64,000 nucleotides of DNA from an uncultured Pelagibacteraceae bacterium (GCA_902542235.1 CACBTT010000002.1:15926-79925); one strand, 5' to 3'; positions 11,130-21,173 are shown, counted from the stretch's first letter. Notes: generated by a model from the sequence alone, not told the origin. Translations and numbers: made by a program.

Positions 11130-13280
11130 ATGGGTGATTCATTTATAAAAATAAATACTTTATCTGTTTCTAAGAATTTGGCTGATTTTGTAAAAAATGA
11201 ACTTCTTACAGGATTAGATGTTAACGAAAAAGATTTCTGGGATGGATTTGATAAAAGTATTAATGAACTTGCACCAATCAATAAAAAATTATTAGAGGTT
11301 CGCGAAACTCTTCAATCTGAAATTGATTTATGGTTAAAAAAAAACAGAAATGGAGAATTTAATCATCAAGAGTATAAGAATTTTTTAAAAGAAATTGGAT
11401 ATTTAAAAGAAGAAGGGAATGATTTTAAAATAGATACCAAAAAGCTTGATAGTGAAATTTCAAGCATTGCAGGTCCTCAACTTGTAGTTCCTATAATGAA
11501 CTCTAGATATACATTAAATGCTGCTAATGCTAGATGGGTAAGTCTTTACGATAGTTTATATGGAACAGATTTAATTGAGTCAGAAGAAACTGGGAGTCAA
11601 AAATATGATCCTCTAAGAGGACAAGAAGTAATAAGATATGCACGCGAATTTCTAAATGACCACTTCTCTATCAATGAAATTCATTGGAAAGATATAAATG
11701 GATTTAAAATAAAGGGAAGTGACTTGAAAATTTTAAAAGATGATAAGGAGTTTGAGCTAGTAGATAAAAATAAATTTATTGGATATAGAGGAGAACCTAA
11801 TAATCCAACAACAATAATTTTAGAAAATAATAATTTAAAAATTGAGATAATAATTAACCCAAAAGCATTTAGTGCTGTCCAAGATGCTGCGGGAATAAGT
11901 GACATAATTGTAGAATCTGCAATATCTACAATATGTGATAACGAAGATAGTGTTGCAGCAGTAGATTCAGAAGATAAAATATTATGTTACAGAAATTGGT
12001 TGGGTTTGATGAAAGGAACTCTAAAATCTGTCTTCGAAAAGGATGGAAAAACTTTTGAAAGAAAACTAAATCCAGATAGAAGTTATATTTCAAAAGATAA
12101 TAAAAAAGAAAAATTACATGGTAGAAGCTTACTTTTAATTAGGAATGTTGGTCATCTAATGACTAATTCAGCAATTATTTTAGAAGATGGTTCTGAAGTC
12201 CCTGAAGGTATCATGGATGCATTTATTACAACTGCTGCAGCAATTCATGATTTAAAAAGAAAAGGTAACTCAAGAACTGGATCTATATATATTGTAAAAC
12301 CGAAAATGCACGGACCTGAAGAGACTGCTTTTACAGATAAAATATTCACAAGAGTTGAAGAAGTATTAAAACTTGAAAAGAATACAATTAAATGCGGTAT
12401 AATGGATGAAGAGAGAAGAACATCTGTAAACTTAAAAGAATGTATAAGAACATTAAAAAGCAGGGTTTTTTTCATTAATACAGGTTTTTTAGACAGAACC
12501 GGAGATGAAATGCATACATCAATGGAAGCAGGTCCAATGATAAAAAAAGGTGACATGAAAAAATCAAAGTGGATAGCTGCTTATGAAAATAACAATGTTG
12601 ATGTTGGTTTAAAATGTGGGTTTTCAGGTGTTGCACAAATAGGTAAAGGTATGTGGGCTATGCCAGATAAAATGAAAGACATGATAGATCAAAAAATATC
12701 ACATCTTGAAGCCGGTGCGAATTGTGCATGGGTACCATCTCCCACAGCAGCTTCTTTACATGCAATGCATTACCATAAGTTAAATATTTTTGAAAAGCAC
12801 AAAAAATTAAATGAAAATAAAATTAATTACATTGATAATTTATTAACTATACCAATTGCAGATAGACCAAATTGGAGCAAAGAAGAAATAAACAACGAGT
12901 TATGTAACTCAGCTCAAACAATATTAGGATATGTTGTTAGATGGGTAGATCAAGGGATAGGGTGCTCTAAAGTTCCAGATATAAATAATGTTGGATTAAT
13001 GGAGGATAGAGCAACACTAAGAATATCATCACAACATATAGCAAACTGGTTGCATCATGGTATTTGCTCAAATAGACAAGTTTTAGAAATTCTAAAAAAA
13101 ATGGCAAAGATTGTTGATAAACAAAATCAAGGAGATCCAGAATATCAAAATATGTCACCTAATTTCGACAAGTCAATATCTTTTAAGGCGGCATGTGAAT
13201 TGATTTTCCATGGTAAGTCACAACCTTCGGGCTATACTGAACCTCTATTGCATTTAAATAGGTTAATTAAAAAAAGCTAA
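11130..13280 (+). CDS. glcB: Malate synthase G
   Basis: AGPQLVVP, NARWVSLYD, KPKMHGP, INTGFLDRTGDEMHT, AWVPSPTAA, LMEDRATLRISSQ. Confidence 0.97.
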   Translation: MGDSFIKINTLSVSKNLADFVKNELLTGLDVNEKDFWDGFDKSINELAPINKKLLEVRETLQSEIDLWLKKNRNGEFNHQEYKNFLKEIGYLKEEGNDFKIDTKKLDSEISSIAGPQLVVPIMNSRYTLNAANARWVSLYDSLYGTDLIESEETGSQKYDPLRGQEVIRYAREFLNDHFSINEIHWKDINGFKIKGSDLKILKDDKEFELVDKNKFIGYRGEPNNPTTIILENNNLKIEIIINPKAFSAVQDAAGISDIIVESAISTICDNEDSVAAVDSEDKILCYRNWLGLMKGTLKSVFEKDGKTFERKLNPDRSYISKDNKKEKLHGRSLLLIRNVGHLMTNSAIILEDGSEVPEGIMDAFITTAAAIHDLKRKGNSRTGSIYIVKPKMHGPEETAFTDKIFTRVEEVLKLEKNTIKCGIMDEERRTSVNLKECIRTLKSRVFFINTGFLDRTGDEMHTSMEAGPMIKKGDMKKSKWIAAYENNNVDVGLKCGFSGVAQIGKGMWAMPDKMKDMIDQKISHLEAGANCAWVPSPTAASLHAMHYHKLNIFEKHKKLNENKINYIDNLLTIPIADRPNWSKEEINNELCNSAQTILGYVVRWVDQGIGCSKVPDINNVGLMEDRATLRISSQHIANWLHHGICSNRQVLEILKKMAKIVDKQNQGDPEYQNMSPNFDKSISFKAACELIFHGKSQPSGYTEPLLHLNRLIKKS

Positions 13281-13288
13281 TTTTAAAT

Positions 13289-13897
13289 TTATAAATCTCT
13301 TCTATTTTTAAAGGCAGATATAAGCGTTCCGTCATCTGAAGTTTCTATTTCTCCACCAACAGGCAAACCTTGAGCTAATTTTGAAATTTTTACATTTGTA
13401 TTTTTTAAACTATCCTGAATGTAAAAAGCGGTGGTTTGCCCTTCAACGGTTGCGCTTGTTGCTAAAATCACTTCATCAATATTATCATTTTTTATTCTTT
13501 CAATTAAAGAATTAATTAGCAAATTTTCTCTATTATTGGTGTTATCGGTATCAGAAATCGTGCCACCTAAAATATGATAATAACCTTGAAAAATAGATGA
13601 ACTTTCTATTGCCCATTGATCTGAAATGTTCTCGACTACACAAATTTTATCATATTTTTTTTCTACTAAACTACAGTTATTATATTCGCAATTAATTGTA
13701 TTAGGTTTTAATGTTCCACATATTTTACAACGTTCAATATTTTTTATTACCTGACTTAAATTATTTGCTAAAGGTCTTAATATTTCTTGGCGATTATTAA
13801 TCATTTTTAAAATTATTCTCTTTGCAGACTTAGGTCCTAGACCTGGTAGTTTTGATATTAGTTTAATTAAATTTTCGATTTCAGGAAGATTTTGCAT
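13289..13897 (-). CDS. recR: Recombination mediator RecR
   Basis: LPGLGPKSA HhH motif, Cys cluster, TOPRIM domain with EVILAT..TVEGQTT; dnaX-ybaB-recR order. Confidence 0.95.
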   Translation of the reverse strand: MQNLPEIENLIKLISKLPGLGPKSAKRIILKMINNRQEILRPLANNLSQVIKNIERCKICGTLKPNTINCEYNNCSLVEKKYDKICVVENISDQWAIESSSIFQGYYHILGGTISDTDNTNNRENLLINSLIERIKNDNIDEVILATSATVEGQTTAFYIQDSLKNTNVKISKLAQGLPVGGEIETSDDGTLISAFKNRRDL

Positions 13898-13901
13898 TTA
13901 G

Positions 13902-14219
13902 TTATAATGGCCATTTGAATTCTGGTACTCCTAGTCCACCCGTTGCTTTAGATATTTCTTCTGAAGTTTTCGATTTTAACTTATTCTTAGCATCATTATG
14001 AGCAGCAATTATTAAATCTTGGATTATTTCTTTATCCTCTTTAAGCAAATTTTGACTAAGTAAAATTTTAGTCATTTCTCCTTCACCATTTAATGAAACA
14101 CTGACCGCATCACCTCCTGAAACACCATTTACTTCAATTTTTTTCAGGTTTTCTTGGCTTTCCTTCATTTTTTTTTCAATTTCTTTTGCTTTTTCTAATA
14201 TTTTATTAAAATCATTCAT
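13902..14219 (-). CDS. ybaB: YbaB/EbfC nucleoid-associated protein
   Basis: SGG..V.V.LNG, DLIIAAHNDA; lies between dnaX and recR. Confidence 0.9.
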   Translation of the reverse strand: MNDFNKILEKAKEIEKKMKESQENLKKIEVNGVSGGDAVSVSLNGEGEMTKILLSQNLLKEDKEIIQDLIIAAHNDAKNKLKSKTSEEISKATGGLGVPEFKWPL

Positions 14220-15834
14220 TATTTTTTTTTATATCTAATAACTCTATATCTGAAATTAATTTTTTTAGCTTGATGAATTCAATAGAGTTTTGATATTCAT
14301 CAATTGTCTTGGATTTTAATTTTTCCTTCTCTTTTTTTTTTGAAATTTCACCTAATTGTTTTGAAAATGAAATAATCCATCTACTTCCTGTCCATTTATA
14401 TAATTTTTCAGATAAATCTTTTACAAAATTTTTATTTAATTTTTCATTAAAAGATATTTCAATTCTGTTTTTTGCTAAGGAAACTAAATTAACATTATTT
14501 TCTAACTCATATTTAAGCTCTACTTCTTTATTATCAACACAAATTTGTATTATATCATCCAAGTTTTCTACATTATAATTTTTAACATCATTTTTTTTTT
14601 TAATTTTTTCCTCCACCTGATTAATATTTTTTATTTGACTAATTGCTTCTGTTTTAAAAGCAGTATTGTTATCGCTTTCCTCAACACTTAAGGTTTTAGA
14701 CAAAGTATTAATTTCTTTATTGATTTTTTTTGATTTGTTCAAATACATGAGTTGTATCAAAAACATCTCTACTAAAAGATTTTTGTTACTTACTAAATTT
14801 ATTTCTTTTAAGGTTTTAATTGTAAATTCCCAAATTATTAAAATCGTTTTATTATCTATATTTGAAGATAGAGATAGAATTTTCTTATAATCATTGTCAT
14901 TTAGCGAGAAATTTGTACCGTCAACTTTTATATAGTTAATATTTTTAATGAAATAAAGTATTTCTAAAAATTCATTTAAAAAAATTGTAGCCTCAATACC
15001 TGAGTCATAAAGTTCTCTATAATGTTTTAGAACCAACTCTTCATCACCTTTTAATATAATTTCAATTAATGTAATATATGAACTTTTATCAATATATCCG
15101 AATATTCTTCGAGTATAATCAAGATTTAAAACATCTTCATTGTTAGAAACTAAAGCTCTATCAAGTAAAGAAAGGGCATCTCTCACAGATCCCTCTGAAA
15201 TTTTAACAATTAGTTTTAAAGCATCATCATCTATTTTTTTATTTTCTTTATATCCGATATCTTTTAAATATTTAAAAAGTATATCTGAGTTTACTCTAGA
15301 TAAATCATACCTTTGACAACGTGAAATTACTGTGACAGGAATCTTTTTTAGTTCAGTTGTGGCAAAAATAAATTTTATATAAGATGGAGGTTCTTCTAAT
15401 GTTTTCAGCAAAGCATTAAAAGCTTGTTTGCTTAGCATGTGAACTTCATCAATAATAAATATCTTATATTTTGCAATTGAAGGTCTATATTTAGAAAACT
15501 CTATCAATTCCCTTACATCGTCAACTCCAGTTCTACTTGCGGCATCAATCTCTAAAACATCAATATGATTTGAGTTAGTAATTGATAAACAAGTTTCACA
15601 TAAATTTTCTAAACATAATTTTTCAACACCATTTTTACAATTAAGAGCTTTTGCTACTATTCTTGCGATAGTAGTTTTTCCTATACCCCTTATACCTGTA
15701 AATAAATATGCATTTGCAGGTTTATTTATTTTAATTGAATTAAAAATTGCATTTGAAATTTCCTCATGACCAATTAAATCTCTAAAAGTTCGAGGTCTAT
15801 ATTTCAAAGCTAATACTTTTGAATTTTCTCTCAT
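14212..15834 (-). CDS. dnaX: DNA polymerase III subunit gamma/tau
   Basis: LALKYRP, GIRGIGKTT, DEVHMLS, SRCQ; start moved to ATG at 15834 because the longer ORF runs into the SRP RNA. Confidence 0.95.
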   Translation of the reverse strand: MRENSKVLALKYRPRTFRDLIGHEEISNAIFNSIKINKPANAYLFTGIRGIGKTTIARIVAKALNCKNGVEKLCLENLCETCLSITNSNHIDVLEIDAASRTGVDDVRELIEFSKYRPSIAKYKIFIIDEVHMLSKQAFNALLKTLEEPPSYIKFIFATTELKKIPVTVISRCQRYDLSRVNSDILFKYLKDIGYKENKKIDDDALKLIVKISEGSVRDALSLLDRALVSNNEDVLNLDYTRRIFGYIDKSSYITLIEIILKGDEELVLKHYRELYDSGIEATIFLNEFLEILYFIKNINYIKVDGTNFSLNDNDYKKILSLSSNIDNKTILIIWEFTIKTLKEINLVSNKNLLVEMFLIQLMYLNKSKKINKEINTLSKTLSVEESDNNTAFKTEAISQIKNINQVEEKIKKKNDVKNYNVENLDDIIQICVDNKEVELKYELENNVNLVSLAKNRIEISFNEKLNKNFVKDLSEKLYKWTGSRWIISFSKQLGEISKKKEKEKLKSKTIDEYQNSIEFIKLKKLISDIELLDIKKNNE

Positions 15835-15838
15835 ATAA

Positions 15839-15926
15839 GGAGACCAACCAACCTGGAAAAAACTCATTACCCTTGCTCTTTTTCAAGTCTGGGGGAGTTC
15901 ATGGTAATTCCACCTGGAAGGCCTCC
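15839..15926 (-). ncRNA. ffs: Signal recognition particle (4.5S) RNA
   Basis: Terminal stem GGAGGCC/GGUCUCC; helix-8-like CAGA-CUU-GAAA-AAG-AGCA; sits directly upstream of dnaX as in other alphaproteobacteria. Confidence 0.8.
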
Positions 15927-15967
15927 AGATGTATTATAACAATAAATTTTTCTAATCTACAATAAAG

Positions 15968-16801
15968 TTAATTTTTTTTTTCTCTAAAATTATGTGCTTT
16001 ATAAACACCTAAAACGTGCATGTCTTCACAATGAAAAGCTAATTCCTCTAAAGAATTTTTGATTTTTTTTTCGTCAAGGTGGCCCTCTATATCACATAAG
16101 AAAAAAAAAGAAGAAAACGAATTTTTTTCAGGAAAGCTTTGAAGTTTAGTCATATTAACTCCATTAATTGCAAATCCTGAGAGAGCTGAATATAATGCTG
16201 CAGGCTTATCTCTTAGTTTAAATAAGAATGAAGTTATATATTTATTTTTATCAATTTCAGGCTGAATTATTTCTTTACCCATTATTAAAAATCTTGTAAA
16301 ATTATCTTTATCGTCTTGAATTTTTTCACTAATAATTTCAAGATTATATATTTTTGCACTAAGTTTCGATGCAATAGCAGCTTTATTTTTATCTCCAAGA
16401 TTAGCTACATATTTCGCGGAACCGGCGGTGTCTGCTCGAACATTGCCAATTAAATTGTTTTTTTTTATAAACTCAGAAGACTGACTTAATGCCTGAGCAT
16501 GTGAATATACATCCTTAATATCTGATAGTTTGGATCCTCTTAGTCCAAGAAGATTATGATTAATTGGAAAAAAATATTCTTCGTAAATATTTAGTCTATA
16601 TTTAAAAATTAAATACTCTACTCCAATATTACCTGTGGTCTTATTTGACTCTGGTATTATTGCTTTAATTTTTGAATCCTCGTTTGCTATCTCAAAACAT
16701 TCATCAAATGTTTTACATGGTATTGTTTCAATATTTGGAAACATTTGTTTAGCACAACTTTCGCTGTAGCTTCCTGAAACACCTTGATAAACTATTTTCA
16801 T
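15968..16801 (-). CDS. pheA: Prephenate dehydratase
   Basis: YQGVSGSYS, SHAQALSQ, NFTRF, C-terminal ACT domain (GVNMTKLQS). Confidence 0.93.
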   Translation of the reverse strand: MKIVYQGVSGSYSESCAKQMFPNIETIPCKTFDECFEIANEDSKIKAIIPESNKTTGNIGVEYLIFKYRLNIYEEYFFPINHNLLGLRGSKLSDIKDVYSHAQALSQSSEFIKKNNLIGNVRADTAGSAKYVANLGDKNKAAIASKLSAKIYNLEIISEKIQDDKDNFTRFLIMGKEIIQPEIDKNKYITSFLFKLRDKPAALYSALSGFAINGVNMTKLQSFPEKNSFSSFFFLCDIEGHLDEKKIKNSLEELAFHCEDMHVLGVYKAHNFREKKN

Positions 16802-17541
16802 TTTTTTTTTTTATTTAATAATTTAATATATTCAATTAAATCTTTTTCAGTATCAATACCACTAGAAAAATGATTTGCTAGTAATACATTTATATTAACA
16901 CCATTATTTATTGCTCTAAGTTGCTCTAGCTTTTCAGTTATTTCCTCTTTGCTTTTATTCAAGTTGACAAATTTTTTTAAAGTAGAGAATTTATACAAAT
17001 AAACACCTAAATGATGATAAATATGCTTGTATGAATTTAAAGTTACTTTTCTTTTAAATGTTTGTGCCTCAGAAAATGAACTTTTTGTTATTTTTTTTTT
17101 TGTAATAACTTTTACAACATTTTTGTCATTATATATTTTTTTACTTTTTAATTTGTATGCTAAAGTCGAAAAATCTAACTTATTTTTTATTGAAATTTCT
17201 TTTAATTTTATAATATCTGAAGGATTAATCATAGGTTCATCGCCTTGAACATTTATGATGAAGTCAAAATTACTTAGATCTAGTTTTTTAGAAGCTTCAT
17301 AAACTCTTTCTGTTCCATTAGTATGAGAAGCATTTGTCATAATAAATTTACCTCTATTTTTCTTAACCTCTAAAGCAATTTCTTTATCACAAGTGGCTAC
17401 ATACACCTCCCCAATTTTACTTTTAATAGCCTTTTCATAAACATGCATAATTAATGATTTATTATTAATTTTAATTAAAGGTTTATTTGGAAGTCTTGTT
17501 GCTGAAAGTCTTGAAGGAATTATTATAACAGATTTACTCAT
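16798..17541 (-). CDS. kdsB: CMP-Kdo synthetase
   Basis: IIPSRLSATRLPNKPL, GTER, NVQGDEP, HLGVY, EKLEQLRA. Confidence 0.95.
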   Translation of the reverse strand: MSKSVIIIPSRLSATRLPNKPLIKINNKSLIMHVYEKAIKSKIGEVYVATCDKEIALEVKKNRGKFIMTNASHTNGTERVYEASKKLDLSNFDFIINVQGDEPMINPSDIIKLKEISIKNKLDFSTLAYKLKSKKIYNDKNVVKVITKKKITKSSFSEAQTFKRKVTLNSYKHIYHHLGVYLYKFSTLKKFVNLNKSKEEITEKLEQLRAINNGVNINVLLANHFSSGIDTEKDLIEYIKLLNKKKK

Positions 17542-17555
17542 AAATTCATATTTTA

Positions 17556-17572
17556 TGCGTCTTTGAGACGCA
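17556..17572. promoter_or_regulatory. Inverted repeat TGCGTC-N5-GACGCA, resembling a RegA/RegR box
   Basis: GC-rich palindrome in an otherwise very AT-rich divergent kdsB/cycM spacer. Confidence 0.45.
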
Positions 17573-17638
17573 AATTAATAAATTAAATTTCGTTTTAATT
17601 TTGTTTAACATGTTATACGACCATATAATTAAAAAATC

Positions 17639-18178
17639 ATGGACTCTTTTGAAATAAATAAAATCATAGCAGCAATTCTACTCATTGCATTAATTGTGAT
17701 CGGTATTGGTAAAATTTCTGATATGGCTTTCTATGTTAATAAACCTGAAAAATCAGCATACAAAGTTGAAACTTTGGAAAATAAGACATCCTCAATTGCA
17801 AATCCTGAGAAAGTAATTGAAAAAATTGATATTAATGCCTTGCTTGCTTTAGGAGATGTTGCTCATGGAGAAAAAGTTTTTAAGAAGTGTGCAGCTTGTC
17901 ATTTAGTAAATAAAGGTGCTGAGAATAAAATTGGACCAGCACTTTACGGTGTGTTGGGTAAAAAAGTTGCATCAAAAGATGATTATAAATATTCTAAAGC
18001 CATGTCATCATACGACAAAACATGGACATTTGAAGAAATGAATGGATATTTAAGAAAACCTCAGAAACACATTAAAGGAACTAAAATGGCATTTGCTGGT
18101 TTACGAAAAGATAAAGATAGAGCTTCGGTGATTTTATATCTAAATAAAAATTCAGATAAGCCATTACCTCTACCTTAA
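17639..18178 (+). CDS. cycM: Membrane-anchored cytochrome c (CycM/c2 type)
   Basis: MDSFEINK N-terminus and TM helix, CAACH heme motif, GTKMAFAG axial Met. Confidence 0.9.
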   Translation: MDSFEINKIIAAILLIALIVIGIGKISDMAFYVNKPEKSAYKVETLENKTSSIANPEKVIEKIDINALLALGDVAHGEKVFKKCAACHLVNKGAENKIGPALYGVLGKKVASKDDYKYSKAMSSYDKTWTFEEMNGYLRKPQKHIKGTKMAFAGLRKDKDRASVILYLNKNSDKPLPLP

Positions 18179-19099
18179 TTTATCAAAGCAGTATAACAAT
18201 ATACTTTTTTGTACATGAACTCTATTTAGTGCCTGTTGCCATACATGTGAATTTTTTCCTAAGAAAATATCTTCATCAACTTCATCTCCTCTTGGTAAAC
18301 AATGTAGAAAAATACAATCGTTTTTGGCATAGCTTAATAATTTTTTATTAATTTTAAAATCTTTAAACTGCTTTATTTTTTTATTTTTATTAACTTTGTC
18401 ATTCATCGATATTACTTTGTCAGAAAATATCACATCAGCATCTGAAACAGCTTTTTTTGGATCATTATAAATAAACATTTTCTTTTTATTTTTTTTAACC
18501 CAATTTCTTATATCCATACTTGGCTGAAAATTTTTTGGACAACCAATTCTTAATTTAAAAGAAAATTTTACAGATGCTGCAATTAAACTATTTAGAACAT
18601 TATTCGAATCACCAATCCAGCAAATATTTAATTTTGAAATAGCTTTTTTTTTAATCTCTTCTACAGTAAAAACATCTGAAAGTACTTGCGTCGGATGAGA
18701 AGATGGGCTCAAACCGTTTATAATTGGAATATTTAAATATTTTTTGAAATCCTCAATTTTTTTATCACTGTCAGTTCTTAACATAAATCCGTCCCCATAA
18801 GTAGAAAGAATTTTTGCAGTATCTGCTATAGACTCACCTCCTTGTCCTAGATGCAATTCATTTGAACGAAGAGTTAATGTTCCACCTCCAAGTTGTTTGA
18901 TTGCTAAATAAAAACTTATTCTTGTTCTCGAACTTGCTTTTTCAAACATTTGGATTAACATTTTTCCTTTTAGAGGTTTGTCTTTATCTGGTTCTAAAGT
19001 ATTTAATTTATTTCTAGCAATCTTTCTCTTTTTTGCATCTAATATTATTTTTCTTAGATCTCTACTTTTTAAATCTTTTAGATTGATGAAATGTCTCAT
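18170..19099 (-). CDS. argF: Ornithine carbamoyltransferase
   Basis: SSRTR, HPTQ, HCLP; start placed at MRHF, overlapping the argD stop. Confidence 0.93.
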   Translation of the reverse strand: MRHFINLKDLKSRDLRKIILDAKKRKIARNKLNTLEPDKDKPLKGKMLIQMFEKASSRTRISFYLAIKQLGGGTLTLRSNELHLGQGGESIADTAKILSTYGDGFMLRTDSDKKIEDFKKYLNIPIINGLSPSSHPTQVLSDVFTVEEIKKKAISKLNICWIGDSNNVLNSLIAASVKFSFKLRIGCPKNFQPSMDIRNWVKKNKKKMFIYNDPKKAVSDADVIFSDKVISMNDKVNKNKKIKQFKDFKINKKLLSYAKNDCIFLHCLPRGDEVDEDIFLGKNSHVWQQALNRVHVQKSILLYCFDKLR

Positions 19100-20262
19100 T
19101 TTTTTAACTCTTTGCAAACTTTTGTCATTATTTTTACTGCCAAATCTATTTCATTTCTTTTAACGTTTAGTGGTGGAAGAATTCTTACAACATTCTCAGC
19201 AGCTCTAATTGTTAATAATTTATTGTCCATTAATTTTTCTATAAATTTAGTTTGATCATTATGCAATTGTAATCCAATTAATAAACCCATTCCTCTAACT
19301 TCTTTTATTATTTGAGGGTAATCACTCTTTAAATTATTTAACCTTGAAAAAAAATATTTTGATAATTTGTTAACGTTATTAAGTAATTTATTATTTACTT
19401 GATCTAAAACAGCATTGCCTACTGCCATTGCGAGAGGATTTCCTCCAAAAGTAGACCCATGTGTTCCTGGTATCATAGCTTTAGCTACTTTTTTAGTCAT
19501 CAAAACTGCTCCTATTGGAAATCCTCCTCCGATTCCCTTGGCAATTGGTACTATATCTGGTTTAACTTTCGCATGTTCAAATGCAAAAAATTTACCTGAT
19601 CTACCTATTCCGCATTGAACTTCATCAAGAATTAAAAGTATATCTTTTTTATTACACAATTCTCTTATAGCCTTAACACACCAATTAGGAATGACTTTGA
19701 TGCCCCCTTCACCCATAATAGTTTCAATCATAATTGCAGCTGTATTCTTATTTATTAATTTTTTTAATTTTTCATGATTTCCATATTCGAAGTGATCAAA
19801 ACCTGGTACTTTAGGTCCAAATCCTAATGTCATTTTTTTTGAACCACTAGCATGAATTGTTGCAATTGTTCTTCCATGAAATGAATTTTTTATGCAGATT
19901 ATTCTTGTTTTATGACTTTTACCAATTGAATAAAAATATCTTCTAGCAACTTTTATTGCAGCTTCGGTAGCCTCTGCACCACTATTTTGGAAAATAACTG
20001 AGTCTGCAAAAGTTCTTTCCACTAGTCTTTTTGCTAATCTTTCACCTTCAGGTATAATGAATGCATTTGATATATGCCAAAGTTTTTTTGATTGTTTGTT
20101 AATTGCATTTATAAGTTTTTGATTAGCGTGACCAAGACAATTAACTGCAATTCCTTGAACAAAGTCTAAATATTTTTTACCATCAGCTGTAATTAGGAAG
20201 CTCCCCTTTCCTTTAATAAATGATATTTTTTTTCTTTTATAATTGCCTGCAAGTGCACTCAT
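19096..20262 (-). CDS. argD: Acetylornithine aminotransferase
   Basis: NSGAEA, FHGRT, DEVQCG, AKGIGGG PLP lysine, HGSTFGGNP. Confidence 0.95.
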   Translation of the reverse strand: MSALAGNYKRKKISFIKGKGSFLITADGKKYLDFVQGIAVNCLGHANQKLINAINKQSKKLWHISNAFIIPEGERLAKRLVERTFADSVIFQNSGAEATEAAIKVARRYFYSIGKSHKTRIICIKNSFHGRTIATIHASGSKKMTLGFGPKVPGFDHFEYGNHEKLKKLINKNTAAIMIETIMGEGGIKVIPNWCVKAIRELCNKKDILLILDEVQCGIGRSGKFFAFEHAKVKPDIVPIAKGIGGGFPIGAVLMTKKVAKAMIPGTHGSTFGGNPLAMAVGNAVLDQVNNKLLNNVNKLSKYFFSRLNNLKSDYPQIIKEVRGMGLLIGLQLHNDQTKFIEKLMDNKLLTIRAAENVVRILPPLNVKRNEIDLAVKIMTKVCKELKK

Positions 20263-20424
20263 AATTACTTATAATTTTTTGTTACTTTATTTGAAAGTTT
20301 ATTTTGCAACCTCAAGTTATAATTTTAATTTATTTGTTGAAAAATCATAAAAAAAACTTGTAAATTATATTTAGATGCAACATCATGTTGTCATATGCAT
20401 AAATTACACTAAATATAGTATTAA

Positions 20425-20919
20425 ATGAGTTGGACAGACGAAAAAGTTAATAAATTAAAAGAACTATGGGGCAAAGGAAAAACAGCTAGCCAGATTGCTG
20501 AAATCATAGGTGGAGTATCTAGAAATGCAGTAATAGGAAAAGCTCATAGATTGAATTTGTCTTCAAAAATAAAAACAAGAACAAAATTTCAGCCCTTAGG
20601 TAACAATTTAAAAACAGAAAATACGAACGCAGGATTTAGAGGTAAAAGAGGAAAATTTAGATCTCTACTTTTAAATAAAGATTTTGAACCAGCTAAAAAT
20701 TTAAGTTTAGAAGAATTATCTGATGATACTTGCAAATATATGGAGGGCAACCCAGACGAAAAAAATGCAAGTTTTTGTGGAAGAAAAAATGTTGAGAAAT
20801 TTTCTTATTGTCCACTGCACCTAATGATTGTCTTTCAACCTAAAGGCAGAAAAGAAGAGGTTGTTGTAAAAGATGAAGATATGCCAAAATTTATACAAAA
20901 AAAAATAAAGTCAGCTTAA
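20425..20919 (+). CDS. gcrA: GcrA cell-cycle regulator
   Basis: MSWTDEKV..LKELW..G.TASQIA...GGVSRNAVIGKAHRL; C-terminal C..FCG..YC..H. Confidence 0.95.
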   Translation: MSWTDEKVNKLKELWGKGKTASQIAEIIGGVSRNAVIGKAHRLNLSSKIKTRTKFQPLGNNLKTENTNAGFRGKRGKFRSLLLNKDFEPAKNLSLEELSDDTCKYMEGNPDEKNASFCGRKNVEKFSYCPLHLMIVFQPKGRKEEVVVKDEDMPKFIQKKIKSA

Positions 20920-21173
20920 TCTAACAATTTTTTTTTTGCTTTCTCATATTCTTGCTCAGTTAAAATACCTTCGTCTTTTAATTTATTTAGTTTTATTATT
21001 TCGTCAGAGATAATAAGATCATTTATTTCTTGATCATTTTCAATATTATCAGACGTGTTATTATGATTTATATTTCTTCTTGCTTCTATACCCATGCTTA
21101 TAGGTCTAGCAGAAATAAATACTACTAAAACTAATAGTAAAAGACAAAGACCAATAACTAAATATTCTATCAT
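20916..21173 (-). CDS. Small membrane protein with C-terminal SHOCT domain
   Basis: N-terminal TM helix; EIIKLNKLKDEGILTEQEYEKAKKKLL. Confidence 0.75.
   Translation of the reverse strand: MIEYLVIGLCLLLLVLVVFISARPISMGIEARRNINHNNTSDNIENDQEINDLIISDEIIKLNKLKDEGILTEQEYEKAKKKLLD

Noticed and set aside
15835-15867. N-terminal extension of DnaX (MSFFQVGWSPY)
   Set aside because: It overlaps the SRP RNA 3' stem.
16801-16812. Long homopolymer runs as phase-variation switches
   Set aside because: A/T runs are ubiquitous here, encode Lys runs, and all affected genes remain in frame.
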